64,000 nt of DNA from Ostrea edulis (GCF_947568905.1 NC_079164.1:102176001-102240000), one strand, 5' to 3'; shown: positions 1-14,807, counted from the first letter of the stretch. The notes: generated by a model from the sequence alone, not told the origin. Numbers and translations: made by a program.

Positions 1-418
1 TAGATAATGGGGTAAAAGCACCAAAGTAAAAAGCACAGCTATGTAGCTGGATAATGGGGTAAAAGCACCAAAGTAAAAAAGCACAGCTATGTAGCTGGAT
101 AATGGGGTAAAAGCACCAAAGTAAAAAGCACAGCTATGTAGCTAGATCATGGGGTAAAAGCACCAAAGTAAAAAGCACAGCTATGTAGCTGGATAATGGG
201 GTAAAAGCACCAAAGTAAAAAGCACAGCTATGTAGCTAGATCATGGGGTAAAAGCACCAAAGTAAAAAGCACAGCTATGTAGCTAGATCATGGGGTAAAA
301 GCATCAAAGTAAAAAGCACAGCTATGTAGCTGGATAATGGGGTAAATGCATCAAAGTAAAAAGCACAGCTATGTAGCTGGATAATGGGGTAAAAGCATCA
401 AAGTAAAAAGCACAGCTA
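1..418. repeat. 47-bp minisatellite, about 9 copies, runs off left edge
   Basis: Unit TAGCTGGATAATGGGGTAAAAGCACCAAAGTAAAAAGCACAGCTATG recurs at 47-bp spacing (1, 48, ...) with few substitutions. Confidence 0.97.
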
Positions 419-3400
419 CAAGTTTATTATTGCAACAAAAGACTAGTTGTAACAACAGACATTTTTGGTCTAAAATCTTAACACTTTTAAATTTTTTTCT
501 AAAATTCAGCAATTCCCATGTTCAAAAAGTCAAAATGAAAACCAAGAGATTTACTTTCTCCCAATCTCAATTTCTTCAGCTTTGCCATGCAATACAAAAA
601 TCTAAATATTAATAATACATTTTTAAAAAAACAACAATAACAACAACAAATTCTAAGAATTTTTATACATTAACAGTTTTTTCTTTTAAAAGTATAATAA
701 AGGATCTAGGCTATGAGAGATAATTTCAAATCAATACACTTCCATATAAAGAAAGAAGTACACTAAATGGCAATTTTAACCTTCAATCTGAAAGCTGGCC
801 AAAGTCCATGTCTAAAGGCCAAGGAAACTCCATCAAAATTTAAGTCTTCAAAATTCTTTTATCTGCTGGACTTTAATTATAACTTATATTGACATAACAT
901 GCAATTTCATCTTTCTCTAAAGCAGTCTGTATCAAAAATTTCACTTTTACACATTTCTTTTCTACATAGTCACTTGATTGACTTTTGACAGATACATTCT
1001 AAATGCCTATCACATGAAAGCATTTTCTCCACTTGTTTTATCTTTCTTAATAACTGTAACATAACCCAATTTTAGGGTAGTTTTAGGGCCTTATTGTTCA
1101 TTGTTCTTTAAAATATTACAACAAATTTTGGTCATTTGAAGAATAGCAATCTGCATCTCTGAAAACCCTTATAGTTTATTCTTTGATATCTAGATGAACA
1201 AAAGAAAAAAAATGTAATATTGATTCAAGAATTGAATGATAATAAATCATTTCAATATGAAATGAAACCATTGTTACCAAAGTTTCCTGGGGAGTTCTCA
1301 ACAAGTGATGATATGCAAATTGCGACAATTTCTGTTTAATTTCATCTTTTGCATCAGGACAGTCCTTTTCGTAATTTTTTCAAAATTTTCAATTTTGATT
1401 ATAATGATATTTTTTTTAAAGGTCAGCATTAAGAAAATTGACATTTACACATTGTATTAAAGCATATTTTCTTCTTATGTTGTCAAATTTGTAATGTGCC
1501 TGCATTGCAAAAGTGCAAAAAACTGTTGTCCAACAAATCCCTGGGAATATTAATGTAGGATTTGGCATTATAAACCTGACACTTTCAATCTTCCTAGTTC
1601 ATTAATGAAGCAGCCCCCTGAAGCTTCATGTCAGTTCATTCAAACCTTGTCAGGCCACAAATATCAATGATTCTGCTCCATGACATTGTTTTCTTAATTT
1701 TCCACATGGAATAAAACATCTACAATTACAATAAACTGTATAATCATCATTGACAGTAAGGGGAATGTGAAATTGTGACTTATCAGAGAATCCAACCCTT
1801 ATGTCAAAATCTCTTTTCTATCAATGACCATGCAATAAAAGTCCAGCCATATTTCATCTAATGTCGTCAATGTTTTATTTAACAATGAACCACCAAGATT
1901 CAATTCCCAATATCAGACAAAACTCTAAAACCCATGACCAGGCTTTGTAATCTGATGGTCCATCTCCGTAAATAGCCCTTAAAATGACAATAATCTGGTT
2001 CTCATGTAGAGATGACAAGGCTGATATTTTTCCAATGTCTATCATGTAAGACCAAGTGCAAAAGCGTTATCCCCACTGTCCTGTCGCCCATTTTGCTGAT
2101 TGGCTAGCAGTTTGAGAAGGGTGGGGTTATGTCTGTTGTGGAGGAATGTCAATGGCCGTAGTCTTGATTGGAGACACGCTACTGACATTAAGTAGTCTGG
2201 CTAGCCGTCTGTTAGGTAGATGACAGTGTTATGAGTGACAAAACCCTGTCCATCCAAATTTATAGCCATATCAGTATATAAATTCTGTCTGCACAGAATA
2301 TCCAACAAATAGATTCATATCCTTCAATTCAGGATAGTCATAATACCCCCAAAAAATTTCTGTTTGCATCATTTTTGTAAATACATGTACATGTATTTGA
2401 TTACATTTTGCCTGTGCAGCAGTAAATTATGACAAGATGTTTAATTACAAATTTACCATTATAATCTATTTTCTACCTGACAGCCAATACCGTAACCTTA
2501 ACAGGATAACATTCTGGTCCGTATCTTGTGGTTTACTTGTATTTGGTTTTATCACATAAAACATCTTGTTTTGACGTTAATAACTCCTTGTAACAATCGC
2601 TGCCTCGCTAGATCTCCGTCACCGCCAGATTTATCTTCCCGGGTCTCCGTATCTGTCCATCAGTTATACATACCAAAGGTATAGACGGAAAATCACAAAA
2701 ATCGCGACAAATTGTATTGAAAATATTTTGAACAAATCCATAATTTTCATTGATAACAATGAGAGCATTCAATTTCAAATTTATGGAGATTTAAATGCAT
2801 AAATTTAACCACAAATTGTACATGGTTGACAATCTATACACCTTAATGTGTCAAATTAGTGTAAAACAATAGAGGTGCACAATAAAAGAAAGAAATTTCC
2901 AGATGGATTTCATTTATTAAGTGTCCTTATTCTATGATTATTTCCTCTTATTTCAGCCTCAGCATGCCATAAATCCACGTCACGGAAACAGTTAATGAAT
3001 ACTAACATAATCTTTTCACAGAAAAATAAAAGGTGCAGAGGAAGCGCTGATCTCATACACACAAGAAAAGGTTCATTCTACTTTTTTATTACACATGTAA
3101 ATAATGGAATTTATACTTTGGAATTTATTCATATGTACTTCACCTTCTTTTCTCTGTGCTGTCTTTCAAATATCATCCAAGTTTTATGTTACTATGATAT
3201 TTTTTAAACAGAAAATATCTTATATCAAAATCTTATTTTTGCTCAGAGCATTGGATTGAACTCCGAGTATGTCAACAATCATGTTAATAATCCACGAGTC
3301 TGACACAAGTTTTAATTTTTTTTCAGATTACTTTCTCTAAAACTGTACCTTATTAAATAAGGTAAATTTGAAAGTTTCAATTTCAAAATATTTAAATACA

Positions 3401-4847
3401 TGTCCTTAACTTCCAATCCTTATCAGGCTTCTCGCTGTGTTACTCCTTCTCCAGAAAATTCCTGCTTATCCAATCTCAAAATCCTTTAGTCAAAATACAG
3501 CTTTATTCATAGTGTTTTCAACTGGAAATACATACACATTGTAGCAGCCTTATAAATTCTATGCCACTGACCATCGTCACCACTATAGCCCCTTTTCAGA
3601 GACCCTCCCTGCCACAGATCATCAAATTCCTTATCATTTACATTCCTTGCAATCAAAACAAATGCCATTCTAACATAAAAACCAAGTACTCGAACCTTCC
3701 TTACAAAATTATTCTAATTAACTAAGTTTCTACTGTTCCAGGCACACTACAGAATATTTTGCCATTTTAGGAATACACGGACTACTTTCAGTGTAATGGA
3801 AGGGAAGCTCTGAAATGGGGGGAAAAAATCTACGAAGAACTCCATTTTACTTCGTCAATTACAAAATGTTTAAAGTTGTTCGCAGGCCTAACTGATCTCA
3901 CAAGCTTCGATTTCAGTTTTTAATTTTACAGGTACAGAGATTCTTGATTTTTTTATCGGACGTGAATCTACTGCAGTTTGAATTGATGAAGCAAATCAAG
4001 TTTAACAGCTCTGTCCTTCACAAGAGTCCCCACCATCAGCTGACACACCACAACATCATACAAAGTACATCTAAGTTTATGTTATTCTTAATTGAACTGG
4101 AGTTTTATATCCATGGATATGGGGCTTGTCAATATAAGGTCAATGTGATTTCATGTCATAAACATTTTCAGTCAACATCTTGCACCGAAATAAAAATCTA
4201 ATTTAAGTATTTCTATGTCTGTAATTAATGCAACATTCAAGATTTAAAGATTTTTAACCCAAAATACAGAATTTTTAAGAATGAAGAAATCTGAGCAAAA
4301 AAAATCTTCTGATTATACATATCAGACATCCTATTAATTTATTATTTTAGATAGATTGGTTTCCTCCACTGCAGAATTCTGTATATTCTCAGTCAGTGAA
4401 GCTGATCCGCTGTAGTATGTGTTTAATGGACCAATGATTTGTGTTTTAAAAAACCCAGAAATAATTCTACTTAAAAAATATTAATAAATATCACTAAAAT
4501 ACTTATACAAAATAAAATAATAAATGACAGTTTATTGAAATAAACCACTCAATGTCAAACCTTTTAAACAATTTTTTGTACACAAGAGAGCAGAACACTT
4601 CCTGAAATCAATAATTTCACAGTAACCTTTGCATGGTATTTAAATTAATTACATTTCAGACTACTGTATCAATTAATGGTATCAATTAAGGGTATTGAAT
4701 TTAGCGATATTCTGATTGTTTTTAAAAGCAGAAAATATCTTATATCAAAATCTTTTTTTTGCTCAGGGCATTGGATTGAACTCAGATATAGGTATTGTAC
4801 CTATAGATAATATCAATGTCAGGTTAAATCCTACTAACACACACTAT

Positions 4848-5205
4848 CAAATAAAGCCATTATCGAAGAAATAAATGGTATGAAATAAAGCCAAGATATC
4901 GAAGAAATAAGTGGTATGAAATAAAGCCAAGATATCGTAGATATAAATGGTATCAAATAAAGCCAAGATATCGTAGAAATAAATGGTATGAAATAAAGCC
5001 CAGGTATCGTAGAAATAAATGGTATGAAATAAAGCCAAGATATCGAAGAAATAAATGGTATGAAATAAAGCCAAGATATCGTAGAAATAAGTGGTATGAA
5101 ATAAAGCCAAGATATTGTAGAAATGAGTGGTATAAAATAAAGCCAAGATATTGTAGAATTGAATGGTATCAAATAAAGCCAAGATATTGTAAGAATGAAT
5201 GGTAT
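4848..5205. repeat. 36-bp minisatellite, about 10 copies
   Basis: Unit AAATAAAGCCAAGATATCGTAGAAATAAATGGTATG; produces the 12-aa periodic ORFs 4834..5172 and 4847..5182. Confidence 0.95.
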
Positions 5206-5289
5206 GGACCAGACTCAGGACAACATTGAGTTAGACCTACAAAATGGAATCACACCTGTGTATAAGACTCACATTTATATTGTGGACTC

Positions 5290-6158
5290 TGCAGGTCTAT
5301 AAAACCGACTTGGGCCAAAACAGCGAGTTAAACTTACAAAACATACTCATACGTACATAACAGACTTGAGCCAGACTCACACTCACATAACAGACTCGGA
5401 CCTAATATAACACTCACACTTACATAACCGACTCGGCCCTATCTAACAGACCCACACTCACATAATGGACTCGGCACTAATATAACTCTCACACTTACAT
5501 AATGGACTCGGGCCTATCCAACAGACTCACACTCACATAACGAACTCGGGCCTATCCAACAGATTAATACTCACATAACAAACTCGGGCCTATCCAACAG
5601 ACACATACTCACATAACGAACTCGGGCCTATTCAACAGACTCATACTCACATAACGAACTTGGGTCTAATATAACACTCACACTTACATAACGGACTCGG
5701 GCCTATCCAACAGACTCATACTCACATAACAAACTCGAGCCTATCCAACAGACTCAAACTCGCATAACAAACTCGGGCCTATCCAACAGACTCAAACTTG
5801 CATAACAAACTCGGGCCTATCCAACAGACTCATACTCACATAACAAACTCGGGCCTATCCAACATTCACATAACAAACTCTGGCCTATCCAACAGACTCA
5901 TACTCACATAACAAACTCGGGCCTATCCAACAGACTCAAACTCGCATAACAAACTCGGGCCTATCCAACAGACTCATACTCACATAACAAACTCGGGCCT
6001 ATCCAACATTCACATAACAAACTCTGGCCTATCCAACAGACTCACACTTACATAACAGACTTGGGCCTATCCAAAAGACTCACACTCACATAAAAAACTC
6101 GGGCCATCCAACAGACCTATACTCACATATAAAACTCAGGCCTATCCAACAGACTCAA
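5290..6158. repeat. about 38-bp minisatellite, about 20 copies, more degenerate on the left
   Basis: Unit CTCACATAACAAACTCGGGCCTATCCAACAGACTCATA with length variants. Confidence 0.93.
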
Positions 6159-8329
6159 ACCAATGCAGTGAGTATACTTTAACATGCTAATGCCTACTGC
6201 AACACAAAATCTGACTTTCAGGTCTCATTTCAAGAACCTATGTAATCTAAATTCTGATGCCGAACACTATGACCTTCGTAATATAACTTCTGGTGCCGAG
6301 TGACAGAACTTTCACTACGACCTATTGTATGCTCTCTCTAAAACTATCAAAAAGCATGTCACACAAACAAGAAATTTGAATGCAAGGAGTGGTATACATT
6401 TTGTTCTATTAAAATCTGGATGTTTAATGATATTTACTAACACAAAGAAAAACTATGTAATTTTCTCTACAATACATATTTTATTACATACTCCTCCTGT
6501 TGTCATTCTGTTTAATTTTCGTAATAATTCAATAATAATCATTTTATCAAAATATGCATGAGAATACTTTAAATATATTCACAATTTGAAAAAAATCTCT
6601 GGAATGCACAATTGCAGTATGTATACTTATCAAATCCTGATATTAGTCACATCTTGCGAATCACGGCACACTTGGCCCTTTCATCAAGAATGCAGTCATA
6701 TATCGCTATACATCAGCAACATATCCACATTTAAACACAGTTAATTATATCTATATAAAACTTGCAGCCATGTCATGTTTGAAACAGACTTTTATTTCCA
6801 ACTACACCAAATACAAACACACTATATAAAGAATGAAACCACTGATTTCAAGAAAATGTTTTTTTAATTGTTACCTTGGTAAACATTCATTATTTCTCAT
6901 TAGTTTTAATTAAGAAAATTGTCAATGGGGAATTTTGATGTTAGATTGTACATTTTCCAAACAAAAAAGGGAAGTTGCTGGCCTCAAAATGGCACAAAAT
7001 AAACTTATTCTATAAAATTTTCTGAAGTCCTAGCTGTATTCCCTCCTCTGGAGAATTACAACAGTGATTCTTATGATCTGTCTCACTTCAACAGACAAAA
7101 TAGATACAGATCATCGAACACCAAGAGACCCACCGAATCACACAATGCAAAATCATCTCATATCTTATGAAAGTTTAATATATGAATAATTAATGATAAA
7201 GAGCAGATAACTGTCATCCTAAGTTGATAATTAAGCTGAAAATTGATTTGATTTGAATAATTGTCAATGCAAATTTGGTTTAAAAACTTCATTCATGCTG
7301 CCATGTTTCTGTCCTTGAGATTTTCTTGAAAATTACCCCAAAACTTTGTCAAGTCATAATTTTCATCTAAGTAATTATTCATTTAACAGATTAGACACTG
7401 TTGAAAACTTTGTACATCTGAGTACAATCCGTGATCTCTGATGAACCCGTACACCTTTCCATCTTATTTTTGAAAAATGTTGCAGTACATGCAGAAAATT
7501 TCCCAATCATCTCAGTATCATAAGGAATAGCATAAGACTGTAAGGATGTGATACTAAACTATAATGAAAAATACTATAATAATAAATGGAATAAAATAAC
7601 GATATTAAGATGAAAATATCATTATATTAAAAGGAATAGTACTAAATAAAACTATTATATTACAAAGAAAAGTGCTATAATATATTATGATAAATAACAC
7701 TACGATATCATAAAGAAATATACTATAATATCGTAAGTTTTATAATATCTTTTTACGAATCATTTTAAAGCTGCATAGTACTGTGTTTCGACATATTTTA
7801 TCCGCTTGATAAAATCTGTACTGTTAACTGCAGGCGCAGTTTGTATTTACAAGAAAATACAACATGTCTTATATTATAACAACTACTTTAACCACAAGTA
7901 TTTCGTTTTAGATTGGTGTTTACAAACAAAAGTACAGATTGCTCAGCCATCTGTAGTGTACATTGAAGTCACCGTGAGGTGATCATTTCATACGTCAACA
8001 AACATAGATACTGAGGTAAGAACGTTAACATCTATGTGATTGACACTGCTTGTTGTGTCGAATGGTTTAAAATCCTTGGACAAACTTGGGAAAATCGTGT
8101 TTCCTCTAAATCTGGACTCTATGCTTCACAGTTTACATCAAAGTGGTGTGCATATGCAGGAGTTCTAAACATCATAAATAAATAATCGTATTTCTCTCCA
8201 ACATTTTCTTTAGAATACAAGTGTTTTCAGGCATATAATTTACAGAAAGTTGATAACTTTTTAAACTAATTCAGTCGCATTGAAATAATTCTTTTAAGTT
8301 TTGGAAGAAAACTAACAGGTCCTACAGCT

Positions 8330-8521
8330 TTAAATTAATCGCACAATTCAATGGTCAGAAGAGTCATAATATTATATTTAAATTAATCGCACAATTAAAT
8401 GGTCAGAGGAGTGATAATATTATATTTAAATTAATCACACAATTAAATGGTCAGAGGTGTGATAATATTATATTTAAATTAATTTCACAATTAAATGGTC
8501 AGAGAAGTGATAATATTATAT
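8330..8521. repeat. 48-bp minisatellite, 4 copies
   Basis: TTAAATTAATCGCACAATTAAATGGTCAGAGGAGTGATAATATTATAT at 8330, 8378, 8426, 8474. Confidence 0.93.
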
Positions 8522-10029
8522 TTTCCGAGTATCTTTACTTCACACACGTGGACTCGCTACTTTAACATAGACTTCACAATGTGTGCCAGTACTTGAATTA
8601 AACCAGTGACCTGTGGGATTGTGGGAGATTGTGGAGGATGCTGGGAGATTACGGGGAGCTGCTGATAAGGCAGTTGTCTGGGAGGGAGAGCAGTTGTTCA
8701 TCTTGCTCATGCCCTGACAACTCTATACACCAAGGCATGCTGGAATGATGTAGAATGGTGTAAACTTACCAACCTTATCTGTTCCAATGTCTGTTCTGAA
8801 TACAAAATACTGCAATAATGTCTAATGTTCAACTTCAAGCCAAACATTTTACATAAAAATAAACTGTGTGAATTGAATATCATAATTTTATTATAAAACC
8901 TTTGCATAATGTTGTGTTTTTAAGCATTTTATTTTAAAATAGCCTATATATGTTAAAATTAAAGCAAAAAATTCCCAATAAAAAAGTTACTGATTTAAAT
9001 ATCATAATTAAATGATTATGAAACCTTTAAAAAGACTATTATTGAAGAACATACCAACAAAACTGCTTAAAATCTTAAATACATACAATATTCATCATGA
9101 TATTGAATTTTTTGTCCTTTTTCAAGTCAAAAGGTACATTATAAGTCAGCCCCTATGACAGGGAGTGGTAAAAAGACTGTATACTATTACAACGACAATG
9201 CAGCAACATGCAAAACAATTCTGTACACAGCGGTAACACAATAACACGATCCACCCGCTGGTTAGGAGAAAGCCCCCTGTAATTGGTACACTGCAGACAG
9301 ATGTTCACTGCCAAAAACACCTGTTGATAATCCAGGTAAAAAAATCTGCCAGATTTAAAACACCCTTCACACTGCCAGAAGAAGAGCAGCATAAGCCAGA
9401 CCAATTAAAGAAAACTGTCTCAAAGCCACTCCTCTTCCAATCCGTGAATTCTCCTTGTGGAGCGTTGGATTTCAGTATTGACAATATTGATTCCTAATCA
9501 CCACCCGGATCTACCCACCTTACCTAATCTCTTCAAGGAACTACAATTTTATCTCACACAATCCTACAGATATCACCCTATAAATTCCCTACATCATTCT
9601 TTCTTTTGTTCCCCGAGGTTATAAACTGAAGTTCTGTAAAAAGGCAGGCTATATCTCTATAAGCACCTATTGTAATCACATTAAATCAAATAAACACAAT
9701 ACTAAGCATTTCAACATTATATATTTCATAAACTCTCTCTTAGATTTCGAATTCATGAAGGATTTACTGAAAGGTCCTACGACAGCTTGACCTTGACCGG
9801 AAACATTGGGTTTGATCGGCCTTTGTGTCCTCCAGCCACCTTATAATCAAACCCTCTAGAGGCTGGCTGGTGCAGCAGGTAAGTCCGCGTTATACAGAGC
9901 GGGCTGCTGGGGATTGTGTAGAGCACCTGCAGCGAGCGTAGACTTATCTGTGGTAGATAAGTTAATGAGCACATGCCTCACCAGGTGGACATACAGTCAG
10001 GAGCGGAGGCAGAACTAGGAGGATCTGCT

Positions 10030-10325
10030 TCATTTGACAAAGATATCGGTACAATCCCAGAATTTCCATCCTTTGACAAAGATATCAGTACAATCCCAGA
10101 ATTTCCATCCTTTGACAAAGATATCAGTACAATCCCAGAATTTTCATCCTTTGACAAAAATATCTGTAGAATTCAGGGATTTCTATCCTTTGACAAAGAT
10201 ATCTGTAAAATCCTGGAATTTTCATCATTTTGACAAAGATATCTGTATAATCCCGGGATTTTCATCATTTTGACAAAGAATTAAGATATCTGTACAATCC
10301 CGGGATTTTGACTATTTGACAAAGA
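10030..10325. repeat. 39-bp minisatellite, about 7-8 copies decaying rightwards
   Basis: Unit TTTGACAAAGATATCAGTACAATCCCAGAATTTCCATCC; gives 13-aa periodic ORFs. Confidence 0.93.
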
Positions 10326-12369
10326 CAGCCAACAATCAAAGATATCATACAATTCTAGGATTTCTATCACTTAAGAAAGATTTCCATACAATCCTAACCA
10401 TTTCCATCATTTAACAGGAATTTCTAAAGAGTTGACAATACTGTCATAAATCCATGGATCTTCATCAAAATCATATTGATATCCCTATAAATCATTACAG
10501 AGACTTCCTTAGATTTGGATCAAATTAAAACAGATAGGAATGACTGTGTAGTACCGAACATTTGTCCAGCAACCGGGCTGTATGTACAGAAATTTCTCTG
10601 CCTCACGAGAGGGGCAAATGTTCATGAAATGTCTACCTTTCTGATAATTCACCCTGATGTCTGGATTTCTCCAAAAAAAATCTCAAACTCAGGTTTGAGT
10701 TTCGATTTGAGCAGTCAAAATCTCAGACTTCAGTCCGAGATTCGACTTAAGTTTTTGTTCATGAAATCCAGGCCAGGGACTAACACTGCTACTATGTCAC
10801 TAGGTGATCTCAATCTTTAGTGGTCACTAAGAGATATATTCAGGGCAAGACGTCGCAGATTATGCATAATAAAATCATGAATTCCGTTGAACTTTTCATA
10901 AACCGATGGAACTTTTCATAAAATAATGGAATTCGTGTACAACAAGGTATAATTTTTCTGTGATCTTTCGCTATCTAGATATGTACCTCATAAATCGTGC
11001 AGATAATTTATTCTGATTATGATGACTGAGGACATACAACTGCATAAATATTTCATTCAAAATATTTCATACAAGTTCAAGGTTACTTTGGCTATGGAAA
11101 TCATAAAACCACAGTTTAGTAAAATGGAAAGGAACAGAGCTCCTCTTAGAATCTAGGACCCACAAAATTAACATGTGCATGTATAATGCATGTAGTGTTG
11201 TACTTTATTGTGTTAATGTGACTTAAAGTGATCATTTTGATGGACATTGCAATGACAACCTCTTAAAGACTTTCATATTTTATTAAACAGAACAAAAATA
11301 AATAATTTAGACCTGTTTTGAATCCCATGCAGCAGTGCCTTGACAGTCTAATGCTACGCTTTATTTAAAATTTGATTTACTGGGTTACAAGCACATACGA
11401 TAAAAAGAAAAAAAATTCACTCTCAGTGAAGTTTAATGTACTATACAGGCAACATATGAAAAAAAACATTTTATGCATCAAGTGTCCGTATAATATTGTT
11501 TACAAGGACATTGATAACAAAACAAAATTCAATTGCAAATCAGAGAAGAAAATATTCTATTTTGAAATCAGAAAAGTTGAGTCATTTCATATAATTGGTG
11601 CATTTTAATTTCTATACCTGTGTAAATGGTCTGTGGATACAATTAATATACTTCAATAGCTTTTACCCCATTTGTCAATAATACAAAAGAAGTCCATTAC
11701 ACATTTTACATAATAAAATTTAAACTGTGTGGAATTTGTCATCCCATCCTTTGCAATGTAATAATTAGGTTTCACACAGGAAAGATTATGGAAATTTGAG
11801 AAATGTATGGTCTAAAAGAAAACCTGCATTAAATTGCATGGAGTTGCTGCATTGACATGTATATTTATGCCTCTGATGTTGGCACACTTTATGCGAATTA
11901 AATGAAGTGAAGATGACCCTTTGACCCGCAGTAACAACCAACGGCTAAGGGATCCTGTCTAAGGGAACCTGCACCCTATATTTTCATCAGAAAATACGTA
12001 TATGAATTACATTCTGCATTTAAATCTGTTATATTTTGCTTAACAATGGCTGCATGCAGACACATTTGATGTAATTTATTTCTGCAATTCAATCTGCTGT
12101 TCCACAGCTTTTGAGATGAGAAATGCTTGCAGTTAGAGAAGTCTAGAAGGAAACTTGAAATTTTACGGACCCAGTTACTTTCAGCAATGTTGTAGTGTGT
12201 TCTTAATAAAAGTATTTATAAATAAGAACAAGATTTATACAAATTTCATAAAACTGCAAACTGCTTGAAGAATGAAGACTATTGTCGCTTGTGAGATAGA
12301 GGGGAAATTCTTGACAGTCAATGATAGTGTACATACTACTAAGATTACTTTTATTTGTACAGTTGTATC

Positions 12370-12668
12370 AACTCTAATTTATCTTTTCATATTTATGTAA
12401 TTATTTGAAGTTAAATCTTCATATCCACGCAACAATTTTAATTGCTGTTTTCATATCTATGTAACAATTTTAATTTCCCTTTTCATATTCAAGTAACAAT
12501 TTTAATTTCTTTTTTCATATCTATGTAACAATTTTGATTTACCATATATAATAGATATATTTGAATTCTTATTTACCTTCTAATATTCAATTTAACAATT
12601 CTAATTATATCTATGTTACAATTCCAATTTACCATCTAATACCAGTATTCATTTAACAATTCCTAATA

Positions 12669-12712
<44 letters not shown>

Positions 12713-12755
12713 TCACACACACACACATATATATACATATATAAATATATATATA
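12370..12755. repeat. Degenerate AT-rich minisatellite followed by (TA)n/(CA)n microsatellite
   Basis: Recurrent CATATCTATGTAACAATTTTAATT motif, then a pure (TA)n tract from about 12675. Confidence 0.7.
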
Positions 12756-14807
12756 ATGATTCCTTTTCTGCAAGTCTCCAACCCAACAAGAAGGATTTAA
12801 TATTAGCTGTAGAATTTGTTGATTGTTTTAAAATAACATGTTTGGATTTCCTTTTTTTTTAAAAAAATGTCTATGAAACAATTCCATTTCATCTTCTAAC
12901 TTGATCAATTCTAATTCAAAATGTTTTTTCAACAATTACGGTTTTCTTTCTAATACATCTTTGTAACAATTGTGATGTACCTTCTAAATATACATGCAAC
13001 TTCAATTTAACAATATATCTTGCAATAAAAAAATGATTAATTAAAAAAAAATCTTCACTTAAAACTAAACCATCAATTTTGTTTTTAGTGTATACTTTCT
13101 ATTACGAGAGACTTTAAAAATCATTTTTCACTTTCTTTATTATCATTATTTAGTTTTTCTTTTAAGAATTTTTCAGAAACCATTTTGTCCATGGAGGCCA
13201 ACATTAATTTCAATTTTACTTTCAGTGCAAACAGAAACAAATGGTGTGAGTGATTGACTTCAAACTCTAAAGTAAAAGTATTCCTGTCACACACCGAAGT
13301 ATTCAATCCATAAAATTTTACATGTGCAACCAATTACAGACCCTGCAAGCTCATTTTAAGACATACCACACATTAATATCAATGTTGAAAAAAAAATCTT
13401 TTGCATTCTTTGCCAAATAACAGAAAAGTATGCCAGACTGGTGGGTAGTATCTTCTACATGTATAGGATACAGAAATATTTTGTTCAAGTCTGTGTTGTG
13501 AATTACCTTCATTAAATTACAAAACTGTATCACACCCTTGAGTTGATTTTAGTGGTTTACATCAATTACGAATCATTTAAAAGCAGGGTTATCTTGTCAG
13601 TGGTGGAGGCTAACTGTGAAACAGGACTTACTTATTCAGATCCTGTTTCATTTTACACTTACAAGTTCCCTCCCCTGCCACTTCACACAAGAACCCATCC
13701 TCCTTACACTAGTTTAAACCTGGAGCCCCCCATAATCATTATAAAGCATGCAGAATTACAGTAATCTTACTGTTCATATCAACAAAAGTATTTCTTGATT
13801 GACCTTTATACAAACATATCAAGAAAAAGTGTTAAAAAATATCATATAATAATCCTGTATCTTGTTTATTGAATCCCCCCAATAAGGTGTCTACAACAGA
13901 AATTTGTTTGTATATCAGAGACTCTTTATACCTCAGAAACAAAGGATTGCTACAAGCATAATACCATGTAACGCAATATGTATTTTATTCTACATGGCTA
14001 ACAACATTTACATGTGGTTTTACTACCAATAAAGAATTGAACTGAATAAACATTATTCTCTCTCTCTTATAACACACCAGCTAATGACTAATGAACACAC
14101 TCAACAGTTTACAAATGATGCATGGATGACCAACTGTCACCTGAATGACTTGCCAAAGATTGGCCAATACAATTAGTACAAGCATCCAGGTAAAGACTAG
14201 CCACAGTCCCCATTGTGACGGTCAATCATGCCAACCACTCGCCAACGCTGGTCCTTCTGACGTTAATGATGGCCGTGGGCTGTCCCTGGGACGTCGAGAC
14301 AAATCTGTGGGTTGACCTTACAAGACCCCGGCTGAGGGTCTACAGAAAGGTTAAGTGACCTCTGTCGGGGAAAGGAAAGAGTCTGCCAAGATCTCCCTGC
14401 ACAAATTATTAATGTCTCCCACTGACTGATGACATGTAATGCTAACTGCTAGTTCACAGCACACATACAAACTCAGTCAAATCTTAAAGAATCAGTGTTT
14501 TAAAAAGTTAACATCAGAAGAACTTTGTCCTCACAAAGTCTACCTTGAGACTGATTCATGTTCAGTTGGCTTTTTCTCTCTGTCATCTAGAGATCAAGTA
14601 GGAACTCCCACGACTAGATTGAATTCTGTTGTTCATGTATAAACCATAGTCACACAAAACTACACTCCTCCTCATCGGACTCCCCTTAACCTCCGATTCC
14701 CTTCAAATTCACCAATACACAATTCTTTTCAGCATATTAAATGCTCCTTACTTATATCTTCCACCTAACATGTAAATCACTCCAAAGACTTTCATATAAA
14801 ATAAAAC

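Noticed and set aside
4834-5182. Overlapping membrane-protein-like ORFs
   Set aside because: Pure by-products of a stop-free 36-bp minisatellite
13121-13764. Cluster of 60-73-aa ORFs
   Set aside because: No homology cue, compositional drift typical of random AT-rich DNA, and no convincing splice pairs
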